Positions 1 to 13,600 of a stretch of 64,000 nt of DNA are shown in pieces. A program made the position numbers and the translations under genes. Under the pieces are notes generated by a model. The model saw only the letters and a program-made list of their open reading frames with translations. It ran no database searches and was not told the origin of the DNA. This DNA comes from Thalia democratica. Taxonomy: Eukaryota. Position 1 is the stretch's first letter, and every line of letters begins with the position of its first letter. The stretch covers positions 31,062,001 to 31,126,000 of the forward strand of contig OZ241834.1 in the NCBI GenBank assembly GCA_965202585.1, given 5' to 3'.

Positions 1-3000
1 TGACGATGACCGAGTTGTGCGTGAAGCTGACGATCTCGGGGGTTCCCGGCGCGTGCGGCTTCTTGTGCGCCAGAGTGGCGGCGATGGCCTTCGAGTTGAG
101 GGGCTTCGACTTGCCCCTCTGGTTCACCGCGGTCACCCTGAACAAGTACTCGTGGTTCTTGCGCAGCTTCCGCGCCGTCGCCACCAGCCCCTGGCAGTTT
201 TCGTCCAGAACGCTCCAGAAGACCCTGTTCACGTCGCAGTACTCCACGAGGTACCTCTCGATGTCCGAGCCGCCGTTGTCCAACGGGGCCGACCACTTGA
301 AAGTAATTTTCTCGTTGGTCACGTGACTGGCGACCACCGGGCCCTCGGGGGCGGCCGGCACGTCCAGCACCTTCAAGTCGAACTTGACTTCGGCGAAATC
401 CAAAGAGTTTTCCGCGCGAATCGTGTAGGTTCCGGTGTTCTTTCTGGTCAGCTCGGGCAGGACCAGCGTGTTCGTCTTCTTTGAAGTTTCGATGAACACA
501 AAAGTTCTGTCGTCCTTCAACGCGCTGCCGTTGAAGGACCACACGACTTCGGGCGGGGGGATTCCGTTGATCTCCGCAAACATCCTGAACGTCGACCCGC
601 CTTCCACGACCAGCGGCTTCGAAACGTCCCTGTTGAGTTTGATGGTCGGTCTCACCTGATCGTCGCGGCACAAGCAGATGGCGCTCGGCTTCGACGGCTC
701 GCTCATGGCTCCTGCCGTGTTCTTGGCGATGACGCGGAACTTGTAGGCGTCTTCGGGAAGCAAATGCCTCACGGTGAACTCGCACTCCGTCACGCCCGAG
801 TAGTCGTCCACCCGCACCCAGTGGTTCGAGTTGGCGCCGGTCATTTCCACGTGGTACAGCGACACCTTGCTGGCGTCCTTGCTCACCGGCGCGTCCCACA
901 CCACCGTCACCGTGCTCCTGGTGATGTCGGTGCCCCTGACGTTGGTCGGCGGCTGCACCTGTATGCAGGCCTTGTGGTAGCCGCTCGCCGGGCTCGGGTC
1001 GCTCAACCCGGCCAGGTTCTCGGCGTAAACCCTGAACTGGTACTCCAAACCGGGTATCAGGTCTCCCACCCTGGTGTGCCTGTTGGGCAGTATGACCTTG
1101 TTGGCTCGCTCCCACAGCTGCGAGTGCCTGTCCTTGTACTCGACGTGGTAGCCCAGTATTTCGCTGCCTCCGTCGTGGGCGCACTTGTCCCACTCCACGT
1201 ACATCGACACCGGCGTGATGTCGCTCACCTTCGGCTTGGGCGGCGTGTCCGGGTTCTCGAAGGTGTACTCTGCAGTCACCGCTCGCGTTTCCTCGAACTC
1301 GCCCAGCCCGAACTTGTTCTCGGCGGCCACCCTGAATATGTACTCCACTCCCTTCTTTAAGTGCAGCGCTTTCACGTTGCACCTGGTGCACGAGGGGTTG
1401 ACGGCGGTCCACCAATCGTTGCCTTCCAAGGCTCTCTTCTCTATGATGTAGCTGCTGATGTCGCAGCCTCCCAAGTAGACGGGCGGCGACCATCGCAGGC
1501 AAATGCTGTCCACCGTCTTGTCAAACATCTGGATGACTCTGACCTTGCCGGGCGGTCCGTTGACGTTTATGCTGAACGCAGCCTCCTTTTCGCCGGCCAC
1601 GTTCGCCATCTTCAGCTTGTACTTTCCGGCGTCTTCCGGGTCCACCGAGTCTATGCTCAAAGTCGTGGAGTCGGCCGACCGCTTCAAGCGGATCCTGGCG
1701 TCCATGGCTTCGATTTCCTTGCCGTTCTTGTACCAGGTGATTTCCGGCAGCGGCTTTCCGGTGAACGGTATGTGCAGGATGAGGTTGGATTTTTCCCGCG
1801 CGTTGATCACTCTGCCCGCCACGGCGGACTCCAAGTAGAAGTCCGGCTTGATCGTGTGGTCGAACACCGAAGTGGGTCCCAGATGGACCCACTCTCCGGC
1901 GCCCATTTCGTTGATGGCCGCAACGCGGAACACGTACTTTTCTTTAGTTTCCAAACCGCTCAGTTTGATTACGCGGTCCTGGGTCTCCGATTCGGTCCAC
2001 TGCTTCTCTTCAACGTCCAGCGCGTGCTGAACTGCATAATGAGAAATCGCCGAACCCCCGTCGCTGTCAGGTCTCGCCCAGGCGAGCTCGAGCCAGTCCA
2101 GGCCGAACTCCTGTATCCTCAGTTCGTTGACTTCCGCGGGAACTTCGATCGCCTTCGCGATGGCCGTCTCCGCGTACGAGCTCAGCCCGTACTCGTTTTC
2201 GGCGCAAATCCTGAACACGTAGCCGGTGCCCTTCACGAGTCCGGTCACCAGTGTCGATAGGCGTGTGCAGTCCACGACGCATGGGTACCACGCTTGCCTG
2301 AGGACCTCACGTCTATCGACACGGTAGTTGAACACGTGGGCGCCTCCGTCGTACTCCGGGGCTTGCCACGACAGGTACGCCTGAGTGGTGTTGATCTCCC
2401 TGACTATCGGGTTCTCCGGCCTTCCCGGAGTGTCGCGAACTTGCAAGGACACGAAAGTCTTGGTCTTGCCGCTCGAGTTTTCCAGCTCGAGCGTGTATTT
2501 TCCTGTGTCCTCTCTGCAGCATTTTGATAGTGTTAACGTAAGAAGCTCGCCTTCCCGCTCGATGTCGACGCGATCGTGCTTGCCGACGTCAACCTCGTCC
2601 CTGCTCCACTTGAAAGTCGGCTCGGGCGATCCGAACACCTTCACCTTGAACTGAACCGTCTTGCCGGCTCGGACGTAAACCGTCCTCTTCATGCTGGGGT
2701 CGAGCTCGAACTCGGGCGCCCGCAGCTTGTCTTCCGGCACCACGGCGCCTCCGACTTCCGCCGCCTGCCCGACTCCGCACGCGTTCATCGCCGAAACTCT
2801 CATGTAGTAGCACTCCTTGCTGGAGCACCCCTCCAACGTGTACGAGCAGCCGCTGATGTTCGACGTCACCGTCTTCCACTCGACTTCGTCGTCGAAGGTC
2901 CCCGCCTCCATCGACCTCGTCTCCAGCATGTACGAGCTGATCTCGCTGCCTCCGTCCGACATGGGTTTTCCCCACACCAGAGAAATTGAAGTTTTCGTTG

Positions 3001-4640
3001 TGGCCACCACTTGCGGGTTGTACACCTTGCCCGGCGGCACCACGGGGTCTTTGGCCATTATGACGTCGGAAGGCTCGCTGTGCTTGCCGAAACCGACGAC
3101 GTTCTTGGCGCTGACGCGGAAGAGGTACTGCGTGTTTTCGAACAGCCCTGTCACGCGGTACTTTGTGTCCTTGACGAGGTCTATCTTGTTGCACTTGAGC
3201 CACGTCGAGCTCCTCTTGTCCCTCTTCTCCACCAGGAACCCCTCGATCGGGCTCCCCCCGTCCGCTTCCGGCCTATTGAAGTTGACGACGCACGACTTGG
3301 CGGTGACGTTGGTCACTTCCAGCTCGGACGGTTTTCCCGGGACGACAAAGTTGTCTTTGGCGAGCACCTGGCCCGACAGCAAGCTCTCTCCCTCGCCGTA
3401 AATGTTCACTCCCTGTATCTTGAACTGGTACTCGTTGCCCCGCGTCAAGCGGTTCGCGGTGAACACCGGCTTCTGCACGTTCCTGCTCACCACGTTCCAC
3501 GTCGACTTGGAGGTTTCCCTCTTCGACACGATGTAGTAGAGTATCTTCGAGCCTCCGTCCACCTTGGGCGGCTGCCAGTTGAACTCGACGTAGCTCGCCG
3601 AAACGGCGGTGAAGCTGACGGGACCCGTGGGCGCGCCCGGAACTCCGATGACCACTATTTTGATGTCGACCGATTTCTCTCCGGCCAAGTTCGTGGCGGT
3701 CACGGTGTATTTTCCGGCGTCCAGAGTCTTGCAGCCCTTCACTTCGAGAGTGGTTTTTCCCGTCGAGTTAGTGACTTTGAACCTTCTTTCTTTCGGCAAG
3801 GGTTTACCGTTGTAAGTCCATTCCACTTCAGGTCTTGGCAAGCCGACGATTTCGGCTTCCAGCAAAAAGTCCTTGTGGTTTTCGACCTTGACGTCGTCCC
3901 ACAGATGGGTGGGAAGGACAACATCCGGCGGCTTGAAGTCGTTTTCGCACATGACGGGCCCGGTGCTCGGCGTCGGCACGCTGAAGTCGCCCGCCGCGTT
4001 CTGCGAGAACACCCTGAACTCGTACGTGGAGCCGCCGGTCAGATCGGTGACGTTGAACTCCAAGTTCGTCGCCGCTATCGCCGCCACCCGCGACCACTTG
4101 GCGTCGGGGTGCCTGAGCTTCTCGACGACGTACACCACCACGCCCTTCTTGTACTCTGGGTGGTTCCACTGCAGCAAGCAGGACGACCTTGAGACGTCGG
4201 CCACTTTCAGGCTCGTCGGCGCCTCTATGGGGTTGTGAGCTCTCTGCGGCTGCGACAGCTCGCTCCACTCGCTCAACCCCGCCTTGTTCTCCGCCGCCAC
4301 CCGGAACACGTACTGCAGCCCCTCCTGCAGGTTGCCCGCCCGGTACGCGCAGTGCTTGATGCTGACGCGGTTGCACCTCGTCCACATGATGCTGTTCTTG
4401 CTCTTCGACTCCAGGTGGTACCCGGTGATCTCCGAGTCCCCGTCCCACTCTGGCGCGTCCCACGCGACCGCCATGGAGGTGCTGAACACCTCGGACACCC
4501 TGCACGAGGTCGGGGCGTACGGGACTTCGTACTTCATTTTCAGCTCCACGGGTTTCGTCTGCACGAACTGCCCCTGCCCGAACCTGTTGACGGCCTGCAC
4601 GCGGAACACGTACGTCTCGTTGAGCGTCAGCTTGGAACAC
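1..4640 (-). CDS. TTN: Titin exon 55 of window (partial, >=4.6 kb): C-zone Fn3/Ig domains
   Basis: Acceptor tttacag at 4641-4642, phase 2 (AG+G=Arg). Reads RCSKLTLNETYVFRVQAVNRFG...PGTPEIVSFTHNSVIV and the frame is consistent at position 2. Absent from the ORF track because there is no stop before the edge. Confidence 0.93.
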
Positions 4641-7600
4641 CTGTAAAGTTTTGTGCGGGTTGGAACGAGTAACAAGTTGAAATATATTTGGTTTTGCAGC
4701 TTACTTAATTTGTTTTTTGCTTGTAACTTGAACAATTTATTATCATGCTATGTATTTAAAACTCTTTTCTTAAACATTTACAAAGTTGAAGGTTACAGTT
4801 TAGTTTGAAGTATGATTTTTTTAAAAGCATTCATCAACTAGTATGATAATTAGTGCTGTTTGTAATTTTTCTGGACCTTAGTTTTAAACCTTATCGATTA
4901 ACTAAATTATAAACTACTTCAATGAGCATTTATTTTTTTTTTATTATAAAAGTTTATATGTTTCAAGTTATACTTAACTTGAAAGATTGTGTTGTGTTTA
5001 CCTCTAATAATTTTAAAAAATTATATAATATCGTATGCTATGTTTATTCTTAAAATGTCATGTTCTTTTTATGTACTAAGTTTTTTTTTAATTGATATAT
5101 TCTATTTGTTTAATTTCAATCTCTATATATTTATAAGTTGAAAATTTATCTCTTATTATAGCATTTGCTTTTCGTTTCTTCCCTTCGTGTGTAACCTTCC
5201 AAGGGTTTGATGTCTGAGCCCAACGTTGTACAATCAGGTCCAATAATAACAATAAACTAGTAAACAAACTCTGATAACTTTTTTTTAAGAAATTTGTTAA
5301 CAATTTTTTTTTCATACCAATTTGTTTTTTAAGTAGCTTTAAGTTTTGTACACTATAATGTTACGTCATAATGTCAAAACTCTTTTCTTAAATATTTACA
5401 AATTACCGCTTACAGTGTTGTTTGAAGTATAGTTTGTTAAAAGTGCGTACAGTAAATAGATTGCTTATTTGCAATTTTACCAGACCTTAGTTTGAAAACC
5501 TTTTTTATATATTAATCTTATTTAACTAAATTTTCTATTTAAAAAATACCACAGATGTTCTTGTGCTAAAACTTTATTTCAACTAACGGCGTTTCACTGC
5601 TCTCAAATAAATTTAAGAACAGATCTACGGAGTCTATAAAATGTTAACACACATTAGAAAAAAAGCAGAAAAATTTTCTGCTTTTTTTCTAATGTGTGTT
5701 AACATTTTATAGACTCCGTAGATCTGTTCTTAAATTTATTTGAGAGCAGTGAAACGCCGTTAGCTGAAATAAAGTTTTAGCACAAGAACATCTGTGGTAT
5801 ACATTCCGATAAGCTTAGCTTATCAGGATCTCCAGGATTTAACGCCTTATAACGTTACATCTTATATTTAAAAAATAAATATTTAATTCTTGATGTAGCT
5901 TTTTAGAAACTTTTTTAGCAGGTTTTTGATGTATATAATAATTTTCCTTGTAGTTTATTCCTGGAGAGCTTTTTAGATTAAAATGTAGCTTTTATTATTA
6001 TTTTAGTTAGTAGTTAGTTTTGATATACTTTGTTAACTTAATTTACACCTTTGTTTATATTTATTTTCATTCCCAGAATTCAGTTAAAACAGAAAATATA
6101 TAATAAAGTAAAAAGGGATTTATGACGGTATTCTTCAAAATAAAGTACTTTTATTTCTAACAAGCAAGTTTTAAAGCTTACCACTTACATTTAAATAACA
6201 GGAGCTAAAAAATATTTCAACATAGTTTTCAAGTTCTACAATTTATCAACTCACCTGTAACTGGTTCCAACGACGGCGCTCGATATCTGGCGCCAGTCCA
6301 GTTCGTCCACCTTGCGGCTCTCCACAATGTAGTAACTTATGGAAGTGCCTCCCAGCACCAGCGGCTCCTTCCAGTTGAGCGAGATCGTCGCCTCGTCCTC
6401 TACCTTGCTCTTCAGCCACTGCACCGGTCCCGGTTTGTCCAGGACGACCAGCTTGAGCTCGGCGCGCGCCTTGCCCGCCTCGTTGGCCGCCGACACCTCG
6501 TACGCGCAGTTGTCGTCCGAGGTGACTTTCGAAAGGGCCAGGCAGCAGGTGCCGTCGCCGCACGTCAGCTTGGTCCTGTTCGTGTTGCCCAGCAAGTCTC
6601 CGTTCTTGTACCACTTTATCGTGGGCTTGGGTTTTCCCGAGTAAGGCAGCTTGATCTCGACGTTGCTTCCCACCTTGGCGTGCACGATGTTCTGTATGTA
6701 CTGGGAAGTGTCGAAGGTGGGGACGACCCTCGTGTCGCACAGCTTGATGGGTATCAGTATCTCGCACGGGAAGGACTTGCCTATCGCGTTCACCGCGAAC
6801 ACCCTGAAAGAGTACTCCTCGTTTTCCGTGAGCCCTTCCACCAGCGTGGTCAGCTCCTCGCACTCCTTGTAAGAATTCCAGTTGCGCTCCAGGTCCAGTC
6901 TGTACTCGACTAAATATTTCTGCACTGGCGACCCGCCGTCGTAGAGCGGTTTCGTCCAGCTCAACCTGCAGCTCGTGGGCAGGATGTCGAACGCCCTGAG
7001 GTTGTCCACGGTCGCCGGAACTCCGAGGGCTTTGAGCGGCTGGGCCGTTTCGGTCGGCTCGCCTATGCCCTGGTTGTTCTCGGCGCTCACCCTGAAATCG
7101 TACACCTCGCCTTGTATCAGGCTGACCTTGACCGAAGTCCTCATGCAGGCCGGGTTCTCCGAATGCCACGCCTTCATACCAACGATTCGCTTCTCCACGA
7201 CGTAGCTGTTCACTTCTGAACCGCCGTCGTTTTCGGGGGTTTCCCAGCTGAGCGTAGCGAAGTCGCTGCTATGACTTTTGACGCGGACGTTTCGGCACGC
7301 ACCCGGCGTGTCCAGGACTCGCACCCTGATGGTCGTCTGGGCGCTTCCGCTGCTGTTGGTCAGCTTCGCGGTGTACGTTCCGGTGTTGTCCCTGTTGCAC
7401 TTGTTCACGACCAAGCTGGACTCGGCGTCCGTGGTCGTGACTTTGGCGTTCTGCTCCTGAATGCGCTCGTCGTTCTTCTTCCACTCGACGTCGGGCACGG
7501 GCCTGCCCCTGAACTTGATGTTGAGGTTCACCTGCCGGCCCGCTTTCACCACCACGCTCTTCAGGATGTCGAACTCGTTGAGGATTTCGGGCAGCGATGG

Positions 7601-10600
7601 CTTGTCCACCGTCGTCACGTGCTCGTCCGTTTCCACGGGTTCTCCGCACCCCGCCTTGTTGCCCGCTGAGACGCGGAGCAGGTAGTCGGTTTCCGGTTTC
7701 AGTTTGTCTGCCGTGCACTTGAGCGCTGTGATGTCCTTTTTGACCAGGCGCCACTCGGCGGTGCTCTTCTCTTGCGCCTCCACCTTGTACGTGACGCTCT
7801 CGTCGCCACCGTCGTATATCGGAGGCTTCCACGAAAGCTGCACGTAGTTGCTGCTGCTGTCCACCACCTGCAGGTCCGAGATTTTACCCGGCGGGTATAT
7901 CTCTTCCACGCAGGTTATCAGGTCGCTTATTTCGGATGTAGGCCCGACTCCCGCTTCGTTCTTGGCGCTGACTCTAAACTGGTAGCTCTTGCCTTCGTAA
8001 AGATCATTGATTTTTCTGTGCAGGTTGGGCACAGGCAGTCTTGTGGCGTGCACCCACGTCTGCGACTTTTTGTCTTTTCTTTCAATGAAATAGCCGGTTA
8101 TCTCGTTGCCGCCGTCCGACTCGGGCCTTCCCCAAGACAGCAACAACGAAGTCTTGTTTATAGACGAGGCGTGGGGCTTTCCTGGCGCGCTCGGAACCGT
8201 AAAAGGGTTCTTGGCCTGCACCGGAGCCGACTCCAGCGGAACTCCCTCGCCGATCTTGTTGACCGCTTTGACGCGGAACACGTACTCTTTGTTCTTCTGA
8301 AGCCTCTTCACCTTGATGAAAGTTTCCTTCACCTCCACGGAGACGTTGGACCACATCGACCTGTTGGTCTCCCTCTTCTCGACGACGTAGTGCGAGATGG
8401 GTCTTCCTCCGTCGTTGTCGGGCGGGCGCCACGTCAACCTGCAGCCGACCTGGGTTACGTCGCTCACTTCCAGCGGCCCCACGGGTTTCCCCGGCGTGTC
8501 CAGGACCGTCACCTTGAACGGCACCGACCGCTCGCCGTTGTCGTTTTCCAGCATCAGCGTGTAGTCTCCGCTGTCCTCCCTGGTCGTCTTGACTATCTGC
8601 ACGGCGGCGTCCTGCCGCTTGAGAGTGATGAAGACCTTCGCCTTTTCCACCAGCTCCACATCGTTGTGCAGCCACTTGACTGTCGGAAAAGGCTTTCCTG
8701 ACACCTTGCCCCTCATGTTGATTACCTCGCCCGCTTTCACGGTGATGTTCTGGTCGGACTCGATCTCCACCTTGGGCAGGGTGACCTCGTTCTTGCACTT
8801 GATCTTGTACGTCGTCTCGCTCGGCAGCGAAACCGCCCCTGCCGCATTCTTCGCGATTACTCTAAACTCGTACTCGTTTCCTTCTAACAGACCGCGAGCG
8901 TCGTACTTGCAGTCGATGACGTTCTCGTGGTTCCACCTCTTCCACCTTCCACCATTTTCGCTCAGTTCCACCACGTACCCAGTGATCATAGCCCCTCCGT
9001 CGCTCTCAGGCACTTGCCACACCAATGAGACGTTTGACCGCGAAAAGTCGACGATCTCCAGGTTCTCCGGAGCGCCGATTATCCGGCGGGCAATCGTCTC
9101 ATCGGATTCGGTCGACGGCTGGCTGTCACCAGCTGGATTGACGGCGATTATTCTGAACTGGTAGGTGAGGCCCGGCTCCAAGCCGGTGGCGGTGAACTTG
9201 GTCTGGACCACGTCCAGCCTGTTGATCTGGTACCACGTTATGGAGTTGACGTCCTTGCACTCGACCTTGTAGAAGTCAACGGGAGCGTCTTCCCGCCTCG
9301 GCGGGGCGTCCCACTCGAAAGAGATGCTGTCGAAGGAAACGGCGGTTATTTTGGGCTTTCCCGGGCAATCGGGCTTGCCGAACGGGTACTTGACCGTAAT
9401 GTTTTTGACGTAAGAGTAATTTCCGACGCCGTAGCGATTTTCGGCAGCGACTCGCAGCATGTACTCGGCGTTGAGCTTCAGCCTCATCACCTTGATCCTC
9501 GGTTTTACCACCGAAGCCGACGAGTCTATCCACAGCTCCCCGTCCGTCTCTTTGTGCTGCACCAAGTAGTTGGTCACCTGGCTGCCTCCGTTGTTGGTCG
9601 GCGGCTTCCACACGACGCTGATCGAGTCCTCAGTGACTTCCGCCACCTCCAGGCCTTCCACCTCGGCCGGCTTGTCCAACACGACGACGTCGACGGCGCG
9701 GGTCTTTTTCCCCGCGCTGTTCGACGCCGTTATCGCGTACCTTCCCGCGTCCTGCGGCAGGCAGTTGCGGATGTGGACCGCCGAGGTGACCTGCGCGCCC
9801 TCGTAGAGAGTCCTGGCGCTGTTGTACTCAGTTTCGTCCTTCTGCCACGTAACCTCCGGCTTGGGTATGCCGCTGACGGTGGCGAAAATCTCGATGGGCT
9901 TTCCGGCCCTGATGTGCCTCTCCGTTTGTTCCAAATCGCCGAAGGTAATCTCTGGCTCCTGAACTATTTCCTTGGCCACCACGACCGTGCCAAGTTCCGT
10001 CACGTCGCTGAAGCCCTTTTCGTTTTCGGCCTTGACCCTGAACATGTACTGCTTGCCTTCCTCTAAATCTTTGATCACCGCCGCCGTCGCGTTCACCGAC
10101 ACGCAGTGGTGCCAGTCGTCGTCGTCCGGCGTCGATATTTCGACCGTGTACCCGGTTATGGGACTTCCCCCGTCGTAGGAGGATTTCGCCCACGCCAGCG
10201 ACACGCTCGAGCTGCTCTGATCTACGACTTCTAGCTTTCCCGGAGCCGACGGTGTTGTCGACACGACGACGGGCTCCTTGAGGCTGGCAAACTCGCCGAC
10301 TCCCATCGCGTTCTCCGCGGCAACCCTGAAGTAGTAGCACTCGCTCTCGGCCAGGTTCGCCACCTTGAACGTGTTCCTCGTCACGTCCATGGCGACGGTG
10401 GTCCAGGCGCGGCGAGACTCCTCCCTCTTCTGCACCACGTAGTTGGTTATGTAGTTGCCGCCGTCGTTTTCGGGGACGGCCCACTTGAGCGTGACGTGGG
10501 TTCTTCCCACGTCCGAAACCCTGAAATTGGAAACTTCTCCGGGCGTGTCCAGAACCTTGACGTTGAACACGAACTCCTTGGAGCCGTACCCGTTCTCCAC

Positions 10601-13600
10601 GGAGACGACGAACTTTCCGGCGTCTTCTCTCGTGACGTCATCTGCGAGCAGCGACGTGTAGAACTGGTTGTCGATGATGCCGTACCTCTCGTGCATGGCC
10701 TCTGACGTCATGTACGCCTTCGACCACGTCACCTTCGGCGTGGGCCTGCCCCTGTAGCCTATGTTGAGGCGGATCTGACCGCCGGCCTTGACTTGAATGT
10801 TTCTTCTGACCGTTTCGTCGATGACCAGTTCCGGAGCTTCGAAGCGCTCCACGCAGGAAACCGGCGACTTCAGAGTGACCCAAGGTCCGGTTCCGGCCTC
10901 GTTGACCGCCGCGACCTGGAACAGGTACTCCGTGTCGGGTTTCAAATCCTTCACCGTGTATATGGTGTCTTCGATCAGCGACGTCTTGTTCGCCTGGATC
11001 CACGGCAGCGTCATGATCTCCTGCTGCTTCTGCTCTTCCTGCTGCTCCTCCGAAACATCCTCTTCGTGGATCGTGGTCAGAGTCTTGTCCTGGGGATCCA
11101 GGCTGCAGAACTCCATCAGGTAGCCTACGATCTCGCTGCCGCCAATGAAATTCGGCGGGAACCACCTGATGGTGATGCTGGACTTGCTCGTGTCTCGCAC
11201 GTGAATTCCGTGCGGCCTGTCCGGCGTGAATATTGGCTCCTGCATCTGAGTGGCGCTTGTGCTGTTGCACCAATCTCCAACTCCCGCCAAGTTAACGGCG
11301 GCCACTCTGAAAACGTAGTCGTTTCCTTCCAAGAGCCCAGACACCTTCAACCTCGGCTCTGTTATTGAGTTGCGGTTGACGTACACCCAGTTGGGCTTGC
11401 GCTTTATCTTCTTCTCGACCATGTACCCCGTGACGGGGGATCCACCGTCGTTGGACGGTTTCTCCCACGCCAGCTGCACCGTGTCCTTGGATATCAAGTG
11501 CACCTGCAGATTGTTTGGTTTCTCGGGCGTTTCGAACGGGTATCCCGTTCTTATTTCCTCGGACACGAGGTGGTCGTCCCCGACCCCGTACTTGTTCTCG
11601 GCCCTGACGCGGAAGATGTAGTCGCTCTCGTTCTGCAGCTTCTTGATCGTGCACTGCGTCCTGGTGACGATGGCGTGCACGAGCGTCCACCTCAGGTGGT
11701 GCGATTCTCTCTTTTCGACTGAGTATGATGTCACAGCCGAGCCGCCGTCGCAAAGGGGCGGTTTCCAAGCCAAAGTGACTTGAGTGGCCGATTTATTTAA
11801 CACCTCGACCGGTCCTTCAGGCGGTCCGGGTTTATCCAAGACTTTGAGCTTGTACTCGAAAGTGCTGGTTCCGTACTGATTTTCAGCGGTTATTTTGTAA
11901 GTTCCTGTGTTCAACAGGCTCAGTGATTTGAGCTGCACGTTGGCGATTGAGTCGACGTAGTGAATGTTCACGTCGCGCTTGGCGGTGAGCTCTTCGCCGT
12001 TGAGCTGCCAACTGACGGTCGGCTCCGGCTTTCCGGCCACCTCGGCTCTGAGCTCGATGCTCTCGCCCGCCTTTCTAACGACTTCCTTCAGGAACATCGC
12101 GTCGACGTCGATCCTCGGCGGGGCGACGTTGTGCTTCGGCGTGACCGTGTAACCGACCTCCTCCGGCTCCGACACGGCCCCGAACGCGTTCTTGGACGAG
12201 ACCCGGATGCAGTAGGACTTTCCTTCCACCAGGTTGTCCACGTCGTACTCGCAGAACGGCACCGCTTCCACGTTGTGCCTCAGCCACCTGCCGTCGGGGA
12301 CTTCCCTGAGCTCGACGTTGTAGCCGATGATCCTGGCGCCTCCGTCGTGCTCGGGCGCCTTCCACTTGAGGGCGACGTCGCTCCTGCCCACGTCGGCGAC
12401 GACGACGTCGCGCGGAGCTCCCACCTCGTCGCGGGCCACGGCTCCGTGCGACGGCGTGCTGAAGTTGCCGGTTCCGGCCAGGTTTTCCGCCGCCACCCTG
12501 AACTCGTACTCGAGTCCCTTCTGCAGGTTCGTGATCCTGCTCCACAGGTTGTTGGGCGGCGCCTCTGCCACCTTCTCCCACGTCATCGAGTTCCTGTCCT
12601 TCATCTCGACGTGGTACGCGGTGATGGCGTTGCCGCCGTCCGAGTCCGGCTCCTCCCACTCGATCTTCATCCTGTTCTCGGCCGCCATGACGACGCGCAC
12701 GTTGACGGGGCAGTCCGGAACGCTGAACGGGTAGTTGGTCACCACGGAGTGCGTCTGCAACGCGTCGCTCCTCCCGTACCTGTTCTCGGCGTAGATCCTG
12801 AAGGTGTAGTGCAGGCCCCTGGTCAGCTTGCTCACCTTTATGGTGGGCCTGATCGCCGAAGCTAGCACGGGATGCCACAGCAAAGTGTTGCTGTCTTGCA
12901 CGTCCAGCGTGTAGTTGGTCACCACGGCGCCTCCGTCCATCAGCGGCGCGTTCCACTTCATTTGGACCGATTCAGCCGATATCTCGCTGAACATCACTGG
13001 TCCTGTGGGCGGCGACGGCCTTCCGAAGACTTTCACTTCGAAAGGCAAAGTTTTGCTGCCGACCTCGTTGGTCGCAGTAATCGAGTAATTTCCGGTGTCC
13101 TCAATGTGGGTGTCGTTCATGACGAACCTGACAAAGTCGCCCTTGATCACCTGCTTCACCTTGATGCCGAGGTCCAGTGTGACATCGTCTCGCTTCCACT
13201 CTATAGATGGGAAGGGCGTTCCGGTCACAATGAACTCTGCGTTCAATTTCTTCTTGCTGTGGCACTCGAACAAATGCTTGTTGACGAAATTTATCTCCGG
13301 CGCTGCGGTTTGCTTCGAAACCAGCACCAGGCCTTTCAGCTCCGCGGGCTCGCTGAGACCGACCTTGTTTATGGCCCGCAGCCTCAACGAATACTTCTTG
13401 TTTTCAATAAGATCGTTAACTGTGGTTTCCTTGTCGCTCGCAGCGATCTTGGCAGAATCGAACCACTGGTCCGAGTCTTCCAACTTTTGCTGAACGACGT
13501 AACCGATAATGTTCATTCCGCCGTCGAACAGCGGCCTTTCCCACTTCAACGAAACGCTGGTGTTCGTGATCTCCGTGCTGCTGAAGTTCTCGGGTTTTCC

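Noticed and set aside
6251-6254. Apparent stop ending the 3795-aa ORF
   Set aside because: The TGA is part of the donor AG|GTGAGT; the Fn3 continues in phase at 4640.
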